Shown here piece by piece: positions 22,858-33,775 of a stretch of DNA of 41,735 bases. The first letter of the stretch is position 1. The number at the start of each line of letters is the position of its first letter. The DNA is from a virus. Below the pieces are notes generated by a model. That model worked only from the letters and a program-made list of their open reading frames with translations. It was not told where the DNA came from and ran no database searches. The stretch is taken from UHGV virus genome UHGV-1359735, one strand, 5' to 3'. Both the position numbers and the translations under genes were made by a program.

Positions 22858-25800
22858 CTATTTCATCTGCTCTTCAACTTTGTTTAGTAACGGTGATATC
22901 GCCCACAGATTCTGAAATGGTAGCATTTTACGGACCGCGTGGGTTTGCTGGCTGTCAAATTCCCCATTCAGTACCCCATGAGCCACCGTTGCAGCATCAC
23001 CACCGAGATCGAATGTCGGACCCAGCATAGCACCAATGGCATTGCGGCTTTGGAATCTGGATACCGGCGGCGCACCAAACATCGCGCCAAGACCAAACCG
23101 GCCGCCGCTAACGTTCTCGACGGTATTCAGTGGCTCAGACAACCAGCCAATCATACCGCCACGGTCAATCCCCTCTTTCACAAGGTTATTCCAGCTGTAG
23201 TCGATATCGCGGCCGCTAAGCTTTTGCTTCATCATATAGACCATAGACCCGAGTGCGACAGTACCCAGAGCGCCCAGATAGAATGATGCATCCCCCTGCT
23301 GAATACCAGATACCAGTACGCGATTATGCTGAGCAAAGATAAACGTTTTGAACTGGGTGATCAGTTTCCACCCCTCTTTACTGAAGAACAGCGGCGTATC
23401 GCCCACGCCAGGGGTTACAATCACCGAATCGACATCCTTCAGCACCGCGGCTTGGAATATCTCCCTAACGTGACGATCGTCCCACAAGTGGCTGTGGCCG
23501 GTTAGAAGTCCATCCATATCCTCGCCATGCTTACCGAACTGCTCACCGATGCGCCGCAGCATATCCTCATTGATACCAACCTGCGCCATCTTGCGTAATT
23601 CGGTTTTGGCTATCTCGCCGCCGCTGGATATCTGCCGAGCCGCATCAAGTATCCTCGACTGCACAATCATTCCTGACCACGATTTAAGAACGCTGTTCCA
23701 CTGGTTCATCAATGTCCAGTTCCCAAACTTTTGCGTCATCCAGTTAAGACCGCGCTCGAATGCAGTGCGCCGGCTATAGGGATCGGTCAGGTCGGCAATA
23801 GCTTTGGTTCGCGTTGAAAGAACGTACTCCAGGCCAACAGACATTTCGCGCAGGTCTTTTGTGGCGATCTTTACGGCATCCATGTTCCTTAGCATGCTGG
23901 CCATAGGACCAAGAGATTTGCGCAGACCATGCTGCATCATCGGCCGCATCAGATCAGTTGCCGCAGCGACGGTCATGCCGCCAAGCAGGCGAAGGAAGTT
24001 AACATTCCTTGCAACCCTCCCAGCCCGAACGAAGAAACTGCGAGGATCCTGCGGGGCGCCGTAGGTACCGAGAAGGCGGTCGCGCATTGCAGTTATATCC
24101 CTGATATCTGCTTCGCGTTGTTTTTCAAGCGCAGCGCGTTGTTTAGGCGTTTTCGCCTCTTTGATCAGCCGCGTATATTCTTCGCTAACCTGGCGAATCT
24201 GATCCCCCATGTCTTTACGGCCGAACTGCGCAGTCAGTTCGATTTCCGGAGCCACCTGCCTGAGGTAGCTTTCCATGATGTGATTGACATCTGACTCCAG
24301 GAAATCCTCTATACGTTCATCGGGAATAAGCAGAGTTCGGCTTTTGGTGAAACCAGCCCGTCCAACGAGTCTCTCCGGGATAATATCGGCAGGAACAAGT
24401 CCGGAAGGTGCGCCGATTATTTTATTCACGATCTCGTCAGCAGCGTCCTCTGCTTCCTCTCGGGATAGAGGTTCTATCTGCTTTAGAGCCCGCTCGCGGC
24501 TTGCATTCAGCCTTGTGGTTGAATTTGCCCGTTTTTGCAGTCGGCGAAGCTCAGAACGGTATTTCCGTGGGTTATCCAGCAACTCCATATGGCGCTGATA
24601 GACCGGAAGCTCTTCTTTAGCCTGAGCTATATCATCAAGCCGTGTTTTAAGATCAGAGCTTTCTTTCATCATTCTGGCCTGAAGTCTTTCTGATGAAGTA
24701 TCAGCCAATTGTTTTTCTATTCTGGTAAGGCGCTCCTGTGTGTCAGCTTCCTGAGATATGAGCTTATTGCGTTTATCCAGCTCTTCCATGAGCAGGATTT
24801 TTTTCCCGGACCATTTCTCGGCTTCGGCGATATCACTCGCCAGGGCCTCAGCGCGCGGCGCTGATTCCTCCGCATTTTTCAGACCTGCATTTATCTTTTC
24901 AATTCTCTGCCCGGCTTTATCAGCTCCTTTGGCACTAATACCCTGTATCCAGTTGGCTATCCTCCCCCTGAATTCAGTGCGGTCTGAAAGTATCTTATCG
25001 AACTTATAAATACGTGGAAGATAGCTTTGTGCCGTCACAACATCGACATCTTCCGGAAGGATCCCAAGCTCCTGCATACGGGCTTTTGTGCTCTCGAAAA
25101 TAGGTCGAATACTGGCGGCCGCCTGCGCCACTTCAGGAATATCACTCTGATCGCCGCGGCGCATAGCCATGCCCACAGCCTCATTGAAATCTACAAAGTT
25201 CATCCTCTTCGCACCGCTGGCGCTGACGGACTTGCTGTACTGCTGATAAGCGTCTCGGGTGGTTTCCATCTGCTTATAGAGCATGGCATCGTATTGCTTA
25301 ATCTTTGTTTCTGCTGCCGTAAATGTAGCTAGGCCTTCGTCATTTTTGGCAAAGAAATAGTTATTCTCAGCCAGTTGCTGGTTTATCTGTCGGGAAACCA
25401 GTGATGGAGACTGAGCCAGCCGGCCAGCAGGCGTGACGCTGAGTGTTTTATTTGCGAGACCAAGCCCAGCTAGTTGCTCCTGATCTAGCGTCGTATTGAA
25501 CACCTGCGCGGCGCCAATGCTCTGCGGAGAGTCCATGCCCCGCAAATTTTCACCAATGGCATTAGCAACAGCGGAGCGCTGAGCGGGCCCTGCAAGAACC
25601 TGTGCGCCAGCGCCAAGAATACCGCCAACAAGCGCATCAACCGCTACGTTTGAAATGCTCTCCATCGCCGATCTTGTTTCCTGCGTCGCCTGCAATGACG
25701 CTTCTGACGCAACTCCGCCAGCGGCGTTAGCTAAGGCAAAGCGCCCAGCTGTTTCTGCTATGCTCCCGCCGCGGGCCACGGCTCCGGCAGGAATGAACAT

Positions 25801-26247
25801 CGCAGCGACGTTAACCGGATCAATCATTCCCATTGCCAGACTTGAAATCGTTCCTGCGCCTCCGACCTCGGATAGATATTCCCTGTCCGCCTTCTGCTGA
25901 TCTATGCGGTGCTTAATAGCAAGAGTTTCCTCTGGCGATCCGGAGTTGATAAATGAATCAGCAAAGTCCTCATAGCCTTTAATATCTGCGGCATCATTAT
26001 CAAACGGGTTATAGCCGTCAACTCGGTCAAACTGGCTGAACGGAGCGCTGGCGATAAAACTCCCTAGGGAGTTATCTATGCGGAAAGCTGCTTGCCTGGA
26101 TTGCTGAACGCGCTGATCGCTGGTAAATGGATTTACGGCAGAGAGCAAAGAAGGCGTTTCCATATAAAAATCGCTGTCATCTGGCGTGGCTATCTGCTGA
26201 ATGTCCTCGCCAAGCAACTCTTTCGGATCCTGTTCATATGTCGGCAT
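22858..26247 (-). CDS. Large internal virion / DNA-ejection protein (1129 aa; T7 gp16-like position)
   Basis: Last and largest gene of the tail/core module; helical, Ala/Gln-rich; comparable in size and position to podovirus gp15/gp16. Confidence 0.6.
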   Translation of the reverse strand: MPTYEQDPKELLGEDIQQIATPDDSDFYMETPSLLSAVNPFTSDQRVQQSRQAAFRIDNSLGSFIASAPFSQFDRVDGYNPFDNDAADIKGYEDFADSFINSGSPEETLAIKHRIDQQKADREYLSEVGGAGTISSLAMGMIDPVNVAAMFIPAGAVARGGSIAETAGRFALANAAGGVASEASLQATQETRSAMESISNVAVDALVGGILGAGAQVLAGPAQRSAVANAIGENLRGMDSPQSIGAAQVFNTTLDQEQLAGLGLANKTLSVTPAGRLAQSPSLVSRQINQQLAENNYFFAKNDEGLATFTAAETKIKQYDAMLYKQMETTRDAYQQYSKSVSASGAKRMNFVDFNEAVGMAMRRGDQSDIPEVAQAAASIRPIFESTKARMQELGILPEDVDVVTAQSYLPRIYKFDKILSDRTEFRGRIANWIQGISAKGADKAGQRIEKINAGLKNAEESAPRAEALASDIAEAEKWSGKKILLMEELDKRNKLISQEADTQERLTRIEKQLADTSSERLQARMMKESSDLKTRLDDIAQAKEELPVYQRHMELLDNPRKYRSELRRLQKRANSTTRLNASRERALKQIEPLSREEAEDAADEIVNKIIGAPSGLVPADIIPERLVGRAGFTKSRTLLIPDERIEDFLESDVNHIMESYLRQVAPEIELTAQFGRKDMGDQIRQVSEEYTRLIKEAKTPKQRAALEKQREADIRDITAMRDRLLGTYGAPQDPRSFFVRAGRVARNVNFLRLLGGMTVAAATDLMRPMMQHGLRKSLGPMASMLRNMDAVKIATKDLREMSVGLEYVLSTRTKAIADLTDPYSRRTAFERGLNWMTQKFGNWTLMNQWNSVLKSWSGMIVQSRILDAARQISSGGEIAKTELRKMAQVGINEDMLRRIGEQFGKHGEDMDGLLTGHSHLWDDRHVREIFQAAVLKDVDSVIVTPGVGDTPLFFSKEGWKLITQFKTFIFAQHNRVLVSGIQQGDASFYLGALGTVALGSMVYMMKQKLSGRDIDYSWNNLVKEGIDRGGMIGWLSEPLNTVENVSGGRFGLGAMFGAPPVSRFQSRNAIGAMLGPTFDLGGDAATVAHGVLNGEFDSQQTHAVRKMLPFQNLWAISPLLNKVEEQMK

Positions 26248-28991
26248 TATTTGCCCCCTGCGTAAATGTTGCCAGGAAGGTTATTGGCTGAACCATAGCC
26301 AAAAGGCTTAGTCAGATCTGGCGGCGTATAGCCTTCATTGTTACTGAACTGCGGTAATGGATTTCCTTCTCGCTTCACTCTAGCCTCATCGACTCGTTGC
26401 TGCTGGAACTGCATGGTTTGCCTGTACATCGGAGATGTCTGCTGATCTGGTTTGAAGCGAACGGGAAGCCCATTCTCACCATAATACGGACGGACATCAT
26501 CGTAACCGTCCTGATTTTTCTGTCTCACCATGACCGCATAGCTTTTATCTCTTGGCGTGACACCATCAGGAACGATAACCAAATCAGTATCACTACGAGC
26601 ACCACCAAAAGCTTTAGCTTTAAGCTCGTTTTTCTCCTGATACCATTGGCCTTCTATCCAGTTACCGGATCCACTGTTCACCCCATAAAGCGCTTCTGGG
26701 GCATATTTCATAACCTCTGCACTACCATTAATAGTAGAAACTCCCCATGTGGTTCTGATCATGGCGTTGGTCATTTTCTCAGCCTGGTCTGCATCGCCCC
26801 CAGTCTGTGCAAAGTTTGCATCGTAAATTGTCTGGTAATCACGTTGATAGGCCGCATTTGATTTGCCTGGATCGGTAATGTCTGGAGACCACGAACCAAA
26901 TGAGGTCAGGCTGCTAGCGTTGTTTTGTGCAGCAGTTGTCCGTGCGGCGACATATTTTTTGTCTCGCATGGCAGTGGAAAGCATCTGTTTCATCCGGTCA
27001 TCCTGCTGGAATACCTGGCTATATGCCATGTCCACAGCCTTATCCTCCGGAACTCCAGCGCGGGAATAATCGTAAACCTTCCCATAAAATGCCATCGTTC
27101 CCTTATCAAGGGTTGCCGCGGCCGCCGGGTTATTATCGAATAACTGGCCGTAGAATTTTGCCATAGGAACAACCAGTGCAGGATCTCTTGAGGTTGCTCC
27201 GCTGTTAAGCATAGTTTTGACCTGCGTTGGTATCATGCCGCTTTTAGTTGTGACGGTGGCCAGCGCATTGATGCTCTGCGGATCAGATATCGAAAACGAA
27301 GGCGCAATATCCTGAGCAAAGTAATGGTCCACGGCTGCCTGGTTATTTTTGTCGTTAGGATCTAAGGGGAAGTTATTTTGCAAGGATGAAACTAAGCGGT
27401 TGCGCCCCTGTTGTGCTTGCCACTCTGTATCCATTTGCTTAAATTTGCTCTGCATTTTCTCCCATCGTTGCTGGTTAGCTGCAAAGCCAGGAGCATTTGG
27501 ATCCTGTGGGCGAAGTCGCTCAAGAATGTCCTGTCGTCCTTCAGGGGTAAGGTCCTTAGCTGCACCAATTACGCCGCCATATTGTATCTGCGCCTGCATA
27601 TCTTGCCATTTCAACGCCCCAACGCGAGGGCCATTAGCCCGGATAAAATCAGCCTCAGAAGGTAATTGAGCCGGTCTAAGCCCCTCATCAAGAGCTGAAT
27701 ATGCATCCTTCACTACAGAGCTAAGTTGTTCAGCATACTGTTGACGGTACTGGTTATTAAGCTCGTTAGCCTGCCTCAATGCCTGCATTTGCATTTGAGG
27801 GCTCATAGCATCAAAAGCGGCATTTCCCGTATAGCGCTTTGGTGAATCAAGGTTAGTTAACCCGAGCGCAGCCGACACGCCAGTTTCAAGCTGGTCAGCA
27901 CTGTATGGGACACTGCCATTTTCATGCTTAACAATACCGGCACACAAAGCTGCAAGGGTTTTAGGGTTGGACACATCAAGCGGGTCATTAGCTCCCACAC
28001 CAAGGGCGCTGCACAGCGCCTTGATATAAGCATCGGTGTTATTGCCATCGCTGGCCGGCGCCCAACGATTAACGATCTCGCTCACGGTGTCGTATCCCTG
28101 GCGCTGGTACGACAGCAGGTTTTTACCCAGCGCCCGGATCCCATGCTCGGGCGTCGCAAAAGTAGCAAAACGGCCATCACTCCCCGTCTGCCCCTCCCAG
28201 GGGTTTGAACCTGCTTCAATATTACCGGGGTTGTTATTCCTCAGGCCCCTGGCTGCGCCAGAGTTACCGTGAGCCACAACGCGGCCAACACCATCAAGAT
28301 CTCCTGGTTCGCCATTTGTTTGAAGTAGTTCGCTGTATTTTTGAGCAATGTTTCCGACCCAGGCCGATTGCCCCATCTGCTCCTTCAGCTGCGTTTTCTG
28401 CTGCACGCGCCATTCATCAGGCATGCCATGAGCATCAGCATACTGATCAATAGCATCAAAACGCTGTTTGGCAAGACCCACGAAGGCCGGGTTATCGTTA
28501 TAAAGACCGGTGGACTGAGTTACGGCCAGGGAGTTCCCAGAAGTAAACGCCTGATCCTGAAACTGCTGGAACTGGCCAACCTCATACCGGCGGGCCTGGT
28601 TGTGAAATGACTGCATGGACTGCTGCAATTGAAAAGATAACTGCTGACGGGCTTCGCCATCCGGCACGGTACCCAGCAAGTCCTGAGCTTTCTGCTGCAT
28701 GTTCTGCATGACGACATCGCTTTGCCCGAGCGCAGCTTTTCCCTGCTTCGTTATCAGACCATTGTCAGGATTGTTGAACTGGTCATCACCGAACTGATTA
28801 AACTGCAGCAGAGCATCCTGGCTAAGCGCTACATCAGCCTTGCGCTTTGCATCAGCCATCATATTGATCGACGTATCAGCAGCCTGCTGGATGCCCTGCA
28901 CCAGCGGATTTTCCGGGACACGAAGATTGCTCGTCATCACCGGCGCGGTTTGCGTCTGGCTCTGGCGTTGATATTGCGGAACGGTTGGCAT
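26247..28991 (-). CDS. Internal virion protein (914 aa) with a putative peptidoglycan-hydrolase-like segment
   Basis: Q-rich N-terminus; segment res ~245-340 (RNNNPGNIEAG...RFATFATPEHGIRALGKNLLSYQRQGYDTVSEIVNRWAP) resembles virion-associated lysin modules. Confidence 0.55.
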   Translation of the reverse strand: MPTVPQYQRQSQTQTAPVMTSNLRVPENPLVQGIQQAADTSINMMADAKRKADVALSQDALLQFNQFGDDQFNNPDNGLITKQGKAALGQSDVVMQNMQQKAQDLLGTVPDGEARQQLSFQLQQSMQSFHNQARRYEVGQFQQFQDQAFTSGNSLAVTQSTGLYNDNPAFVGLAKQRFDAIDQYADAHGMPDEWRVQQKTQLKEQMGQSAWVGNIAQKYSELLQTNGEPGDLDGVGRVVAHGNSGAARGLRNNNPGNIEAGSNPWEGQTGSDGRFATFATPEHGIRALGKNLLSYQRQGYDTVSEIVNRWAPASDGNNTDAYIKALCSALGVGANDPLDVSNPKTLAALCAGIVKHENGSVPYSADQLETGVSAALGLTNLDSPKRYTGNAAFDAMSPQMQMQALRQANELNNQYRQQYAEQLSSVVKDAYSALDEGLRPAQLPSEADFIRANGPRVGALKWQDMQAQIQYGGVIGAAKDLTPEGRQDILERLRPQDPNAPGFAANQQRWEKMQSKFKQMDTEWQAQQGRNRLVSSLQNNFPLDPNDKNNQAAVDHYFAQDIAPSFSISDPQSINALATVTTKSGMIPTQVKTMLNSGATSRDPALVVPMAKFYGQLFDNNPAAAATLDKGTMAFYGKVYDYSRAGVPEDKAVDMAYSQVFQQDDRMKQMLSTAMRDKKYVAARTTAAQNNASSLTSFGSWSPDITDPGKSNAAYQRDYQTIYDANFAQTGGDADQAEKMTNAMIRTTWGVSTINGSAEVMKYAPEALYGVNSGSGNWIEGQWYQEKNELKAKAFGGARSDTDLVIVPDGVTPRDKSYAVMVRQKNQDGYDDVRPYYGENGLPVRFKPDQQTSPMYRQTMQFQQQRVDEARVKREGNPLPQFSNNEGYTPPDLTKPFGYGSANNLPGNIYAGGK

Positions 28992-29003
28992 AGTCAGCTC
29001 CTT

Positions 29004-29501
29004 TTACTTAGCGGAAAGCGGCTTCCAGGTACCGCCCAGCGTCTTGTATGCATTAAGACCGGTCAGCGTGGAGTTGAGCAGTGTTGAACCTGCGCCAAGC
29101 ATTCCGGACTGCTTATCAATTTTCCCTTGCGCTCGGCTGGTATCAGCCTGGAACTGCAGCCCGGCGGCCTGTCGCTGGCCGTTGTTGATGGTGGTCAGCG
29201 CGTCGAGCGTGCCCTGCTGCATGGTTTCAGTTGTCAGGTCCAATGCGTTACCGCTCGTCAGGTCGGCGCCGTTAGCAGCCAGTGCATTGGTTTGCTGTCC
29301 GGCAACCCGCCGGGCCTGCTGCCGCTGCTGGTATGCCTGGTCATTAGTTGTATTGATAGTGTCGCGGGCGGCCTGCTCCTGAGCGTCGGCGTTAGCGTTC
29401 GCCAGCGCGGCGTTAGCGCGGCCTGTCTGGATCTGGCTGTAAGCGCTGAGACCGCCAGAGACGGCGGAAACTGCCAGCGCTGCGGTACCGACATCACACA
29501 T
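29004..29501 (-). CDS. Internal virion protein B-like (165 aa; Ala/Gln/Thr-rich)
   Basis: Low-complexity helical composition like T7 gp14-type core proteins; GAAGGAG SD. Confidence 0.5.
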   Translation of the reverse strand: MCDVGTAALAVSAVSGGLSAYSQIQTGRANAALANANADAQEQAARDTINTTNDQAYQQRQQARRVAGQQTNALAANGADLTSGNALDLTTETMQQGTLDALTTINNGQRQAAGLQFQADTSRAQGKIDKQSGMLGAGSTLLNSTLTGLNAYKTLGGTWKPLSAK

Positions 29502-29964
29502 GGTCGATCTCCTTCGTAAAGTGGTGAAATGGCATGCCCTTTAATCCGTATGGCTCAGGATCTGCCAGGGTGAACCCCATCCAGTGAAGCCAGGATTTTG
29601 CTGCGTGGTTACGCGCATCTACGTAATTTTCAAGCACGCGATATCCGCGTGACATGTCACGAAGAATCGGTCGGCAGTGGCGGAGGAATGTCAGCGGCTG
29701 ATGCTCAATGTGGTCGGTGCTTACAAGCCACGGAATACCGCGCCCGGTGATGATCGATGCAGGAGATATACCGAAGATGGTTACCACCTGGCCGTTAATC
29801 ATCCCTGCAGCGGCTACCGAAGCGCTTTTCATAGCGCGAGTTATGACCTCCGCCGGAGTCATCCCAGCGGCAGCCATAAACTCATCGTGGTCTGCCTGGC
29901 GGACATGCGGGAGAATGGCGCTGATATGCTCGTCAGTAACGCTGACTATCTCAACTTTTCGCAT
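29494..29964 (-). CDS. Hypothetical virion-module protein (156 aa)
   Basis: Well-formed ORF with AGGAGG SD in the tail/core gene block. Confidence 0.45.
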   Translation of the reverse strand: MRKVEIVSVTDEHISAILPHVRQADHDEFMAAAGMTPAEVITRAMKSASVAAAGMINGQVVTIFGISPASIITGRGIPWLVSTDHIEHQPLTFLRHCRPILRDMSRGYRVLENYVDARNHAAKSWLHWMGFTLADPEPYGLKGMPFHHFTKEIDHV

Positions 29965-29965
29965 A

Positions 29966-32443
29966 TCAGCCTCCTACCGTTACGCGCGGTATAATGGCCA
30001 GAATGCCAAGCGGCAGCGGATCGGAATGGCTAATTACAACCCGCCCGTTACGCTCCCAGTTTGCATCGAGGTTCATATCGATGATGCCCGTCTTTAGCCC
30101 TACCGGGTCGTCGTAGAATTCCCACTCACGCTGGGTATACTCCAGTAAGTGAGCATCATCTGTTCCTGCCCAAACCGAGCGCCCGCTGTTGAGCATTACG
30201 CAAAGCTGATTGATAAGTTTGGTCTTATCCAGCAGCGTAGACTGCCCTGCAACGTTCACGTCCAGCGTTTCGATAACCGCAGCTACCGGCAAACCGATAT
30301 GCACCACTGACGAGTGGTTTTCGATCGTCACCTCACCGCCAGAAACTATCTGCTGAGGCTCAACATTCCCGTCGGCCAGAATGCTGACCGTCTGCCCCTC
30401 GAGGTGAGACAGTCCCGCAAATGTCCGACGTGCTATCGACCATGTTGATTGCGCAGTGTTGCGCAGCGCTGTCGGCACATCACGGTTTGCTAATACGGTA
30501 GCCACTGTTGATGAGATAACACCAGCAATGCTTAAACGCATCGACTTGCTGACACCGCCTTCGGTGTAGGGAATATGGATCTCGTAATCAGTGCTCGATG
30601 AGTCGAAGATTGCAGAGCTACACGTTAGCGTAAATTCATCCTGGTAGGTCCAGCCCCCGGCGGAACTGATCGTCATTGTGCGTGAATAGTCGGTGTTTCC
30701 TCCGCTGTAAGACAGGCCAGAATCCACGAAAAATGCATCCTGCTGTTCTGTAAACTTCCTGGTGTTCAGTCGCTCAACATAACGAACTGTCGATCCATTC
30801 ACCGTACGGCGAATAAGCGCATAGACCGCATCTTCCTGCCCTTCGCTAATACTGCAGATCGATTCGACATAGCCATTAGTCATCGGGTGCGGATGCCAGG
30901 CATATACCTGCTGCTCACGGAGATAAGTCAGCCCAAGAAGCATGCCATCACTCCTCGCACACCATGCAACGCTGAACGGTTGTACAGACAAGGCCCAATC
31001 CCTGATGCTGTAACCGTTAAACAGATGACTGGCAAGGAGGGTCAGATCACTGGATTGATAGCTGTCCTGGTCGAATGAGTAAAACAGGTCACGGATGATG
31101 GAGCCCTTCTGCTGAACGTACAGTGCAACGCTACCAACGTTGATTGGTGCCAGATCGCTGCTACCGTTGAACGACTGACCGGACATCGCAAAGCCACCGG
31201 TTCCCGTCAGGTTGCCGTTGCTGTCGCCTGTCACCTTGAACTCTCCGCCGCTGGTCAGCACGATAAGCTGACCGACATCGAGAAGATGCAGGATTTTGTT
31301 CAGCTGGCGACCGGCGTAGTTATAGGTTATCGCATCGTCGTCAACCTTCGGGTTGCTGCGATAGAAGTTGTGATAATCACCGGTACGGCTACACCATATA
31401 GTTTGAGGAAATGCCCGGCTGCCGCCGAAAATCAGCCTCTGCTGGTAATAGGTAACTGTACCCGGGTAGCCGTCTGTATCGTTCCAGGCATAATGCGCCC
31501 ATTTGTAAGTGGCGAAGGTGCTACCTACCACTTGCGCTGGCAGCTCGATCTCACCATCCTGACGTGGCACAACGTCGGCCGTTGCAGTTAGTCCATCTCC
31601 GGCGACGGCGGTAATACGGCACACGCCAAAACCACTATGCAGATAGCGCCACAGCACACCGTTACGGCCACCAAGACCCCAGCCATCCCAGGAATCTCCC
31701 GTTGTATGGGTCGGAGCAACAGTGCCGGTGGTGCCATTAGAACCGCCGTCAACACAGCGATAAAAGTTCTCCTGATATCGGCACTCGTCACCGATCCCGA
31801 TGTCTTTATCGGTTTCCCACCGACCAACACTATCTACCGCTTTCTGTTCCATGTAGAACAGTTTTCCCACGTGCTGGCTTTTGAAAATCGGGCTGCTGGC
31901 AGTCAACGTTACGGATCCAGTTCGGCCTGAGGCGTACACAGTTACCGAGTCGTCTGTGTTCAGGTCCTGGAATGGCCCGCTGGTTGTTGTCACTGCGGCG
32001 GTGCGCCAGTCATCCTCTCCGTAACGGCGGATCTCAAGCGGAGGATAATCGTTGTGGCACACTGTCATCACATCGGCAGACTGCGTAAATTTCAGCTCAG
32101 AGATGACGCTCACCGGCCATGGGGTAGACACTTCAACAGGGCTGCCGCCGTCCGTAACCAGCGCGCCGTTAGACCAGACACGGAAATAGTGATCACCGAG
32201 CTCGAGCGCATAGGTTTGCGATACGCTGAACTGGAACGGTATTAGCCGGCAATAACGGTCTGCATATTTCGCGCTCCCCAGGAACCGGAAACCGGGACGA
32301 TTTTCAATGCCACCTGACTGCCGGACGATAAAGTTGCGGCAGCGGCGCAACGACGTCTGGTATTTTTCAAGATCGATTCGACCATACAGTGAAGGAGATA
32401 TCTCGCCGCCTGCAAGCGACGGCTGCACCAGTGAATAGGCCAT
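29966..32443 (-). CDS. Tail tubular protein B-like (nozzle; 825 aa)
   Basis: Size and position (after capsid/adaptor, before core proteins) match podovirus gp12-type nozzle proteins; ATGA-coupled to the upstream gene. Confidence 0.55.
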   Translation of the reverse strand: MAYSLVQPSLAGGEISPSLYGRIDLEKYQTSLRRCRNFIVRQSGGIENRPGFRFLGSAKYADRYCRLIPFQFSVSQTYALELGDHYFRVWSNGALVTDGGSPVEVSTPWPVSVISELKFTQSADVMTVCHNDYPPLEIRRYGEDDWRTAAVTTTSGPFQDLNTDDSVTVYASGRTGSVTLTASSPIFKSQHVGKLFYMEQKAVDSVGRWETDKDIGIGDECRYQENFYRCVDGGSNGTTGTVAPTHTTGDSWDGWGLGGRNGVLWRYLHSGFGVCRITAVAGDGLTATADVVPRQDGEIELPAQVVGSTFATYKWAHYAWNDTDGYPGTVTYYQQRLIFGGSRAFPQTIWCSRTGDYHNFYRSNPKVDDDAITYNYAGRQLNKILHLLDVGQLIVLTSGGEFKVTGDSNGNLTGTGGFAMSGQSFNGSSDLAPINVGSVALYVQQKGSIIRDLFYSFDQDSYQSSDLTLLASHLFNGYSIRDWALSVQPFSVAWCARSDGMLLGLTYLREQQVYAWHPHPMTNGYVESICSISEGQEDAVYALIRRTVNGSTVRYVERLNTRKFTEQQDAFFVDSGLSYSGGNTDYSRTMTISSAGGWTYQDEFTLTCSSAIFDSSSTDYEIHIPYTEGGVSKSMRLSIAGVISSTVATVLANRDVPTALRNTAQSTWSIARRTFAGLSHLEGQTVSILADGNVEPQQIVSGGEVTIENHSSVVHIGLPVAAVIETLDVNVAGQSTLLDKTKLINQLCVMLNSGRSVWAGTDDAHLLEYTQREWEFYDDPVGLKTGIIDMNLDANWERNGRVVISHSDPLPLGILAIIPRVTVGG

Positions 32444-33054
32444 CAGCAGATCCTCGCACTGGCAAGGTCAGACATCGCCTGCTGCGGTTCATGTGCCTCA
32501 TCCAGAGAGCGTTGCATGGCCGCCGTAAGCACCTGCTGATAATTGGCCATTGCCTGCTGGCCGAGACTGGCATTTGCCGAGATAGGCATGGCTATTTCTG
32601 CCGCCATACGCCACGAAAGCGCATCAGCGAACAGGGCATCAAACATCGTCGGGTCAGTAATGCTTTTCACGTATAGCAGTACCGCCTGAGACTCATTGGT
32701 ATGAATGACGCGGCCAGTGCCATCTTCATTGCTGCCAACTTCAAAAACAGGCTTATCCTGCAGAACGATATGAGACCCAGTGAACCACTTCGGTAATATG
32801 GCAGCTATGCGCGCGCAGTCGGTCGGGTACTGATACCGGAACAACCATCCCGGCGCGGGGTCGCCAAGGTCAGCCAGGACAACGCGCGACATGGCAAAGT
32901 TCCAGTCGTTGTCTGCCAGAACTGCGTCGCGCATGGACTCGTAAAACAGGTTGCAGGTATATGCCTCTTTGGTCTTTTCGGTGAGGCTATTAATCGTCCG
33001 GCTGTTGCCTATACGTGCCAGCGCGATATTGCAGATATTGATCACTGATGCCAT
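32443..33054 (-). CDS. Tail tubular protein A / adaptor-like (203 aa)
   Basis: ATG at 33054 after GGTGGA SD (the track's TTG start is unlikely); position and size comparable to podovirus gp11. Confidence 0.45.
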   Translation of the reverse strand: MASVINICNIALARIGNSRTINSLTEKTKEAYTCNLFYESMRDAVLADNDWNFAMSRVVLADLGDPAPGWLFRYQYPTDCARIAAILPKWFTGSHIVLQDKPVFEVGSNEDGTGRVIHTNESQAVLLYVKSITDPTMFDALFADALSWRMAAEIAMPISANASLGQQAMANYQQVLTAAMQRSLDEAHEPQQAMSDLASARIC

Positions 33055-33063
33055 ATCATCCAC

Positions 33064-33093
33064 CAACTAAAAAGGGGCTTTCGCCCCTTTGGT
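33064..33093. terminator. Bidirectional hairpin terminator after capsid module
   Basis: AAAGGGGC-tttc-GCCCCTTT with A/T runs on both sides. Confidence 0.55.
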
Positions 33094-33102
33094 TATGAGG
33101 GC

Positions 33103-33381
33103 TTACACCCCGAGTTCTTTCCGCCTTTCGGCGATCTTCGCCTTCAGAGTTTCCGCTTTGGTATTGAAATGCGGCGCTTCGCCGAACATTTCTTCATACT
33201 GTTTGCGCAAATCATCAAGCTCGGTTAACTCTTCTGCACTGACCGGAATAATCTTTTCGCTCAGGCTGGCATCAACGGAAACCAGATTACTTCCCGGCTC
33301 ACCGTCGTAGGTAACGATGTCACCCGGCTCATGCAGGCGGCCATTGATGAATGACCGCTTAGCGACTTTGTACTCAGGCAT
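33103..33381 (-). CDS. Hypothetical protein (92 aa)
   Basis: ORF between the decoration-like gene and the terminator. Confidence 0.45.
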   Translation of the reverse strand: MPEYKVAKRSFINGRLHEPGDIVTYDGEPGSNLVSVDASLSEKIIPVSAEELTELDDLRKQYEEMFGEAPHFNTKAETLKAKIAERRKELGV

Positions 33382-33766
33382 TGGTTTGCACGCCTCCGGT
33401 GATACCCGCAGTGACTTTGCCAGTGGTCGGCGCAGTACCAGTCACCGTATAGTTCAGACGGATGTAGCGTTCCATCTTCATCGGCAACGTGATAACCGGA
33501 GACTTATAGCCCAGCACCAGAGACGCCAGAGGGATCGTCATGGACAGCACGTCCGCAGCGGAACTGAATGCAGAGTTGTCATCGGTTTGCACCGTCACAG
33601 TCAGGCTGGTCAGGTTGTTGAAACCTTCAACCACCTGGATAAGCAGCGGGATATCGCCATATTTACCGACATCTTTATTGCTGCCGGTATCAATGACGTT
33701 GGTCGAAGCAGCCGTGGCCGTAATGGCCTGAGCTGCGGAAAAAAGCGCTTGCTGGTCGAGCAGCAT
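33374..33766 (-). CDS. Small capsid-associated protein (130 aa; decoration/cement-like)
   Basis: Directly downstream of the major capsid gene; Thr/Ala/Gly-rich beta-type composition as in podovirus capsid staple proteins. Confidence 0.4.
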   Translation of the reverse strand: MLLDQQALFSAAQAITATAASTNVIDTGSNKDVGKYGDIPLLIQVVEGFNNLTSLTVTVQTDDNSAFSSAADVLSMTIPLASLVLGYKSPVITLPMKMERYIRLNYTVTGTAPTTGKVTAGITGGVQTNA

Positions 33767-33775
33767 GATCCCCCC

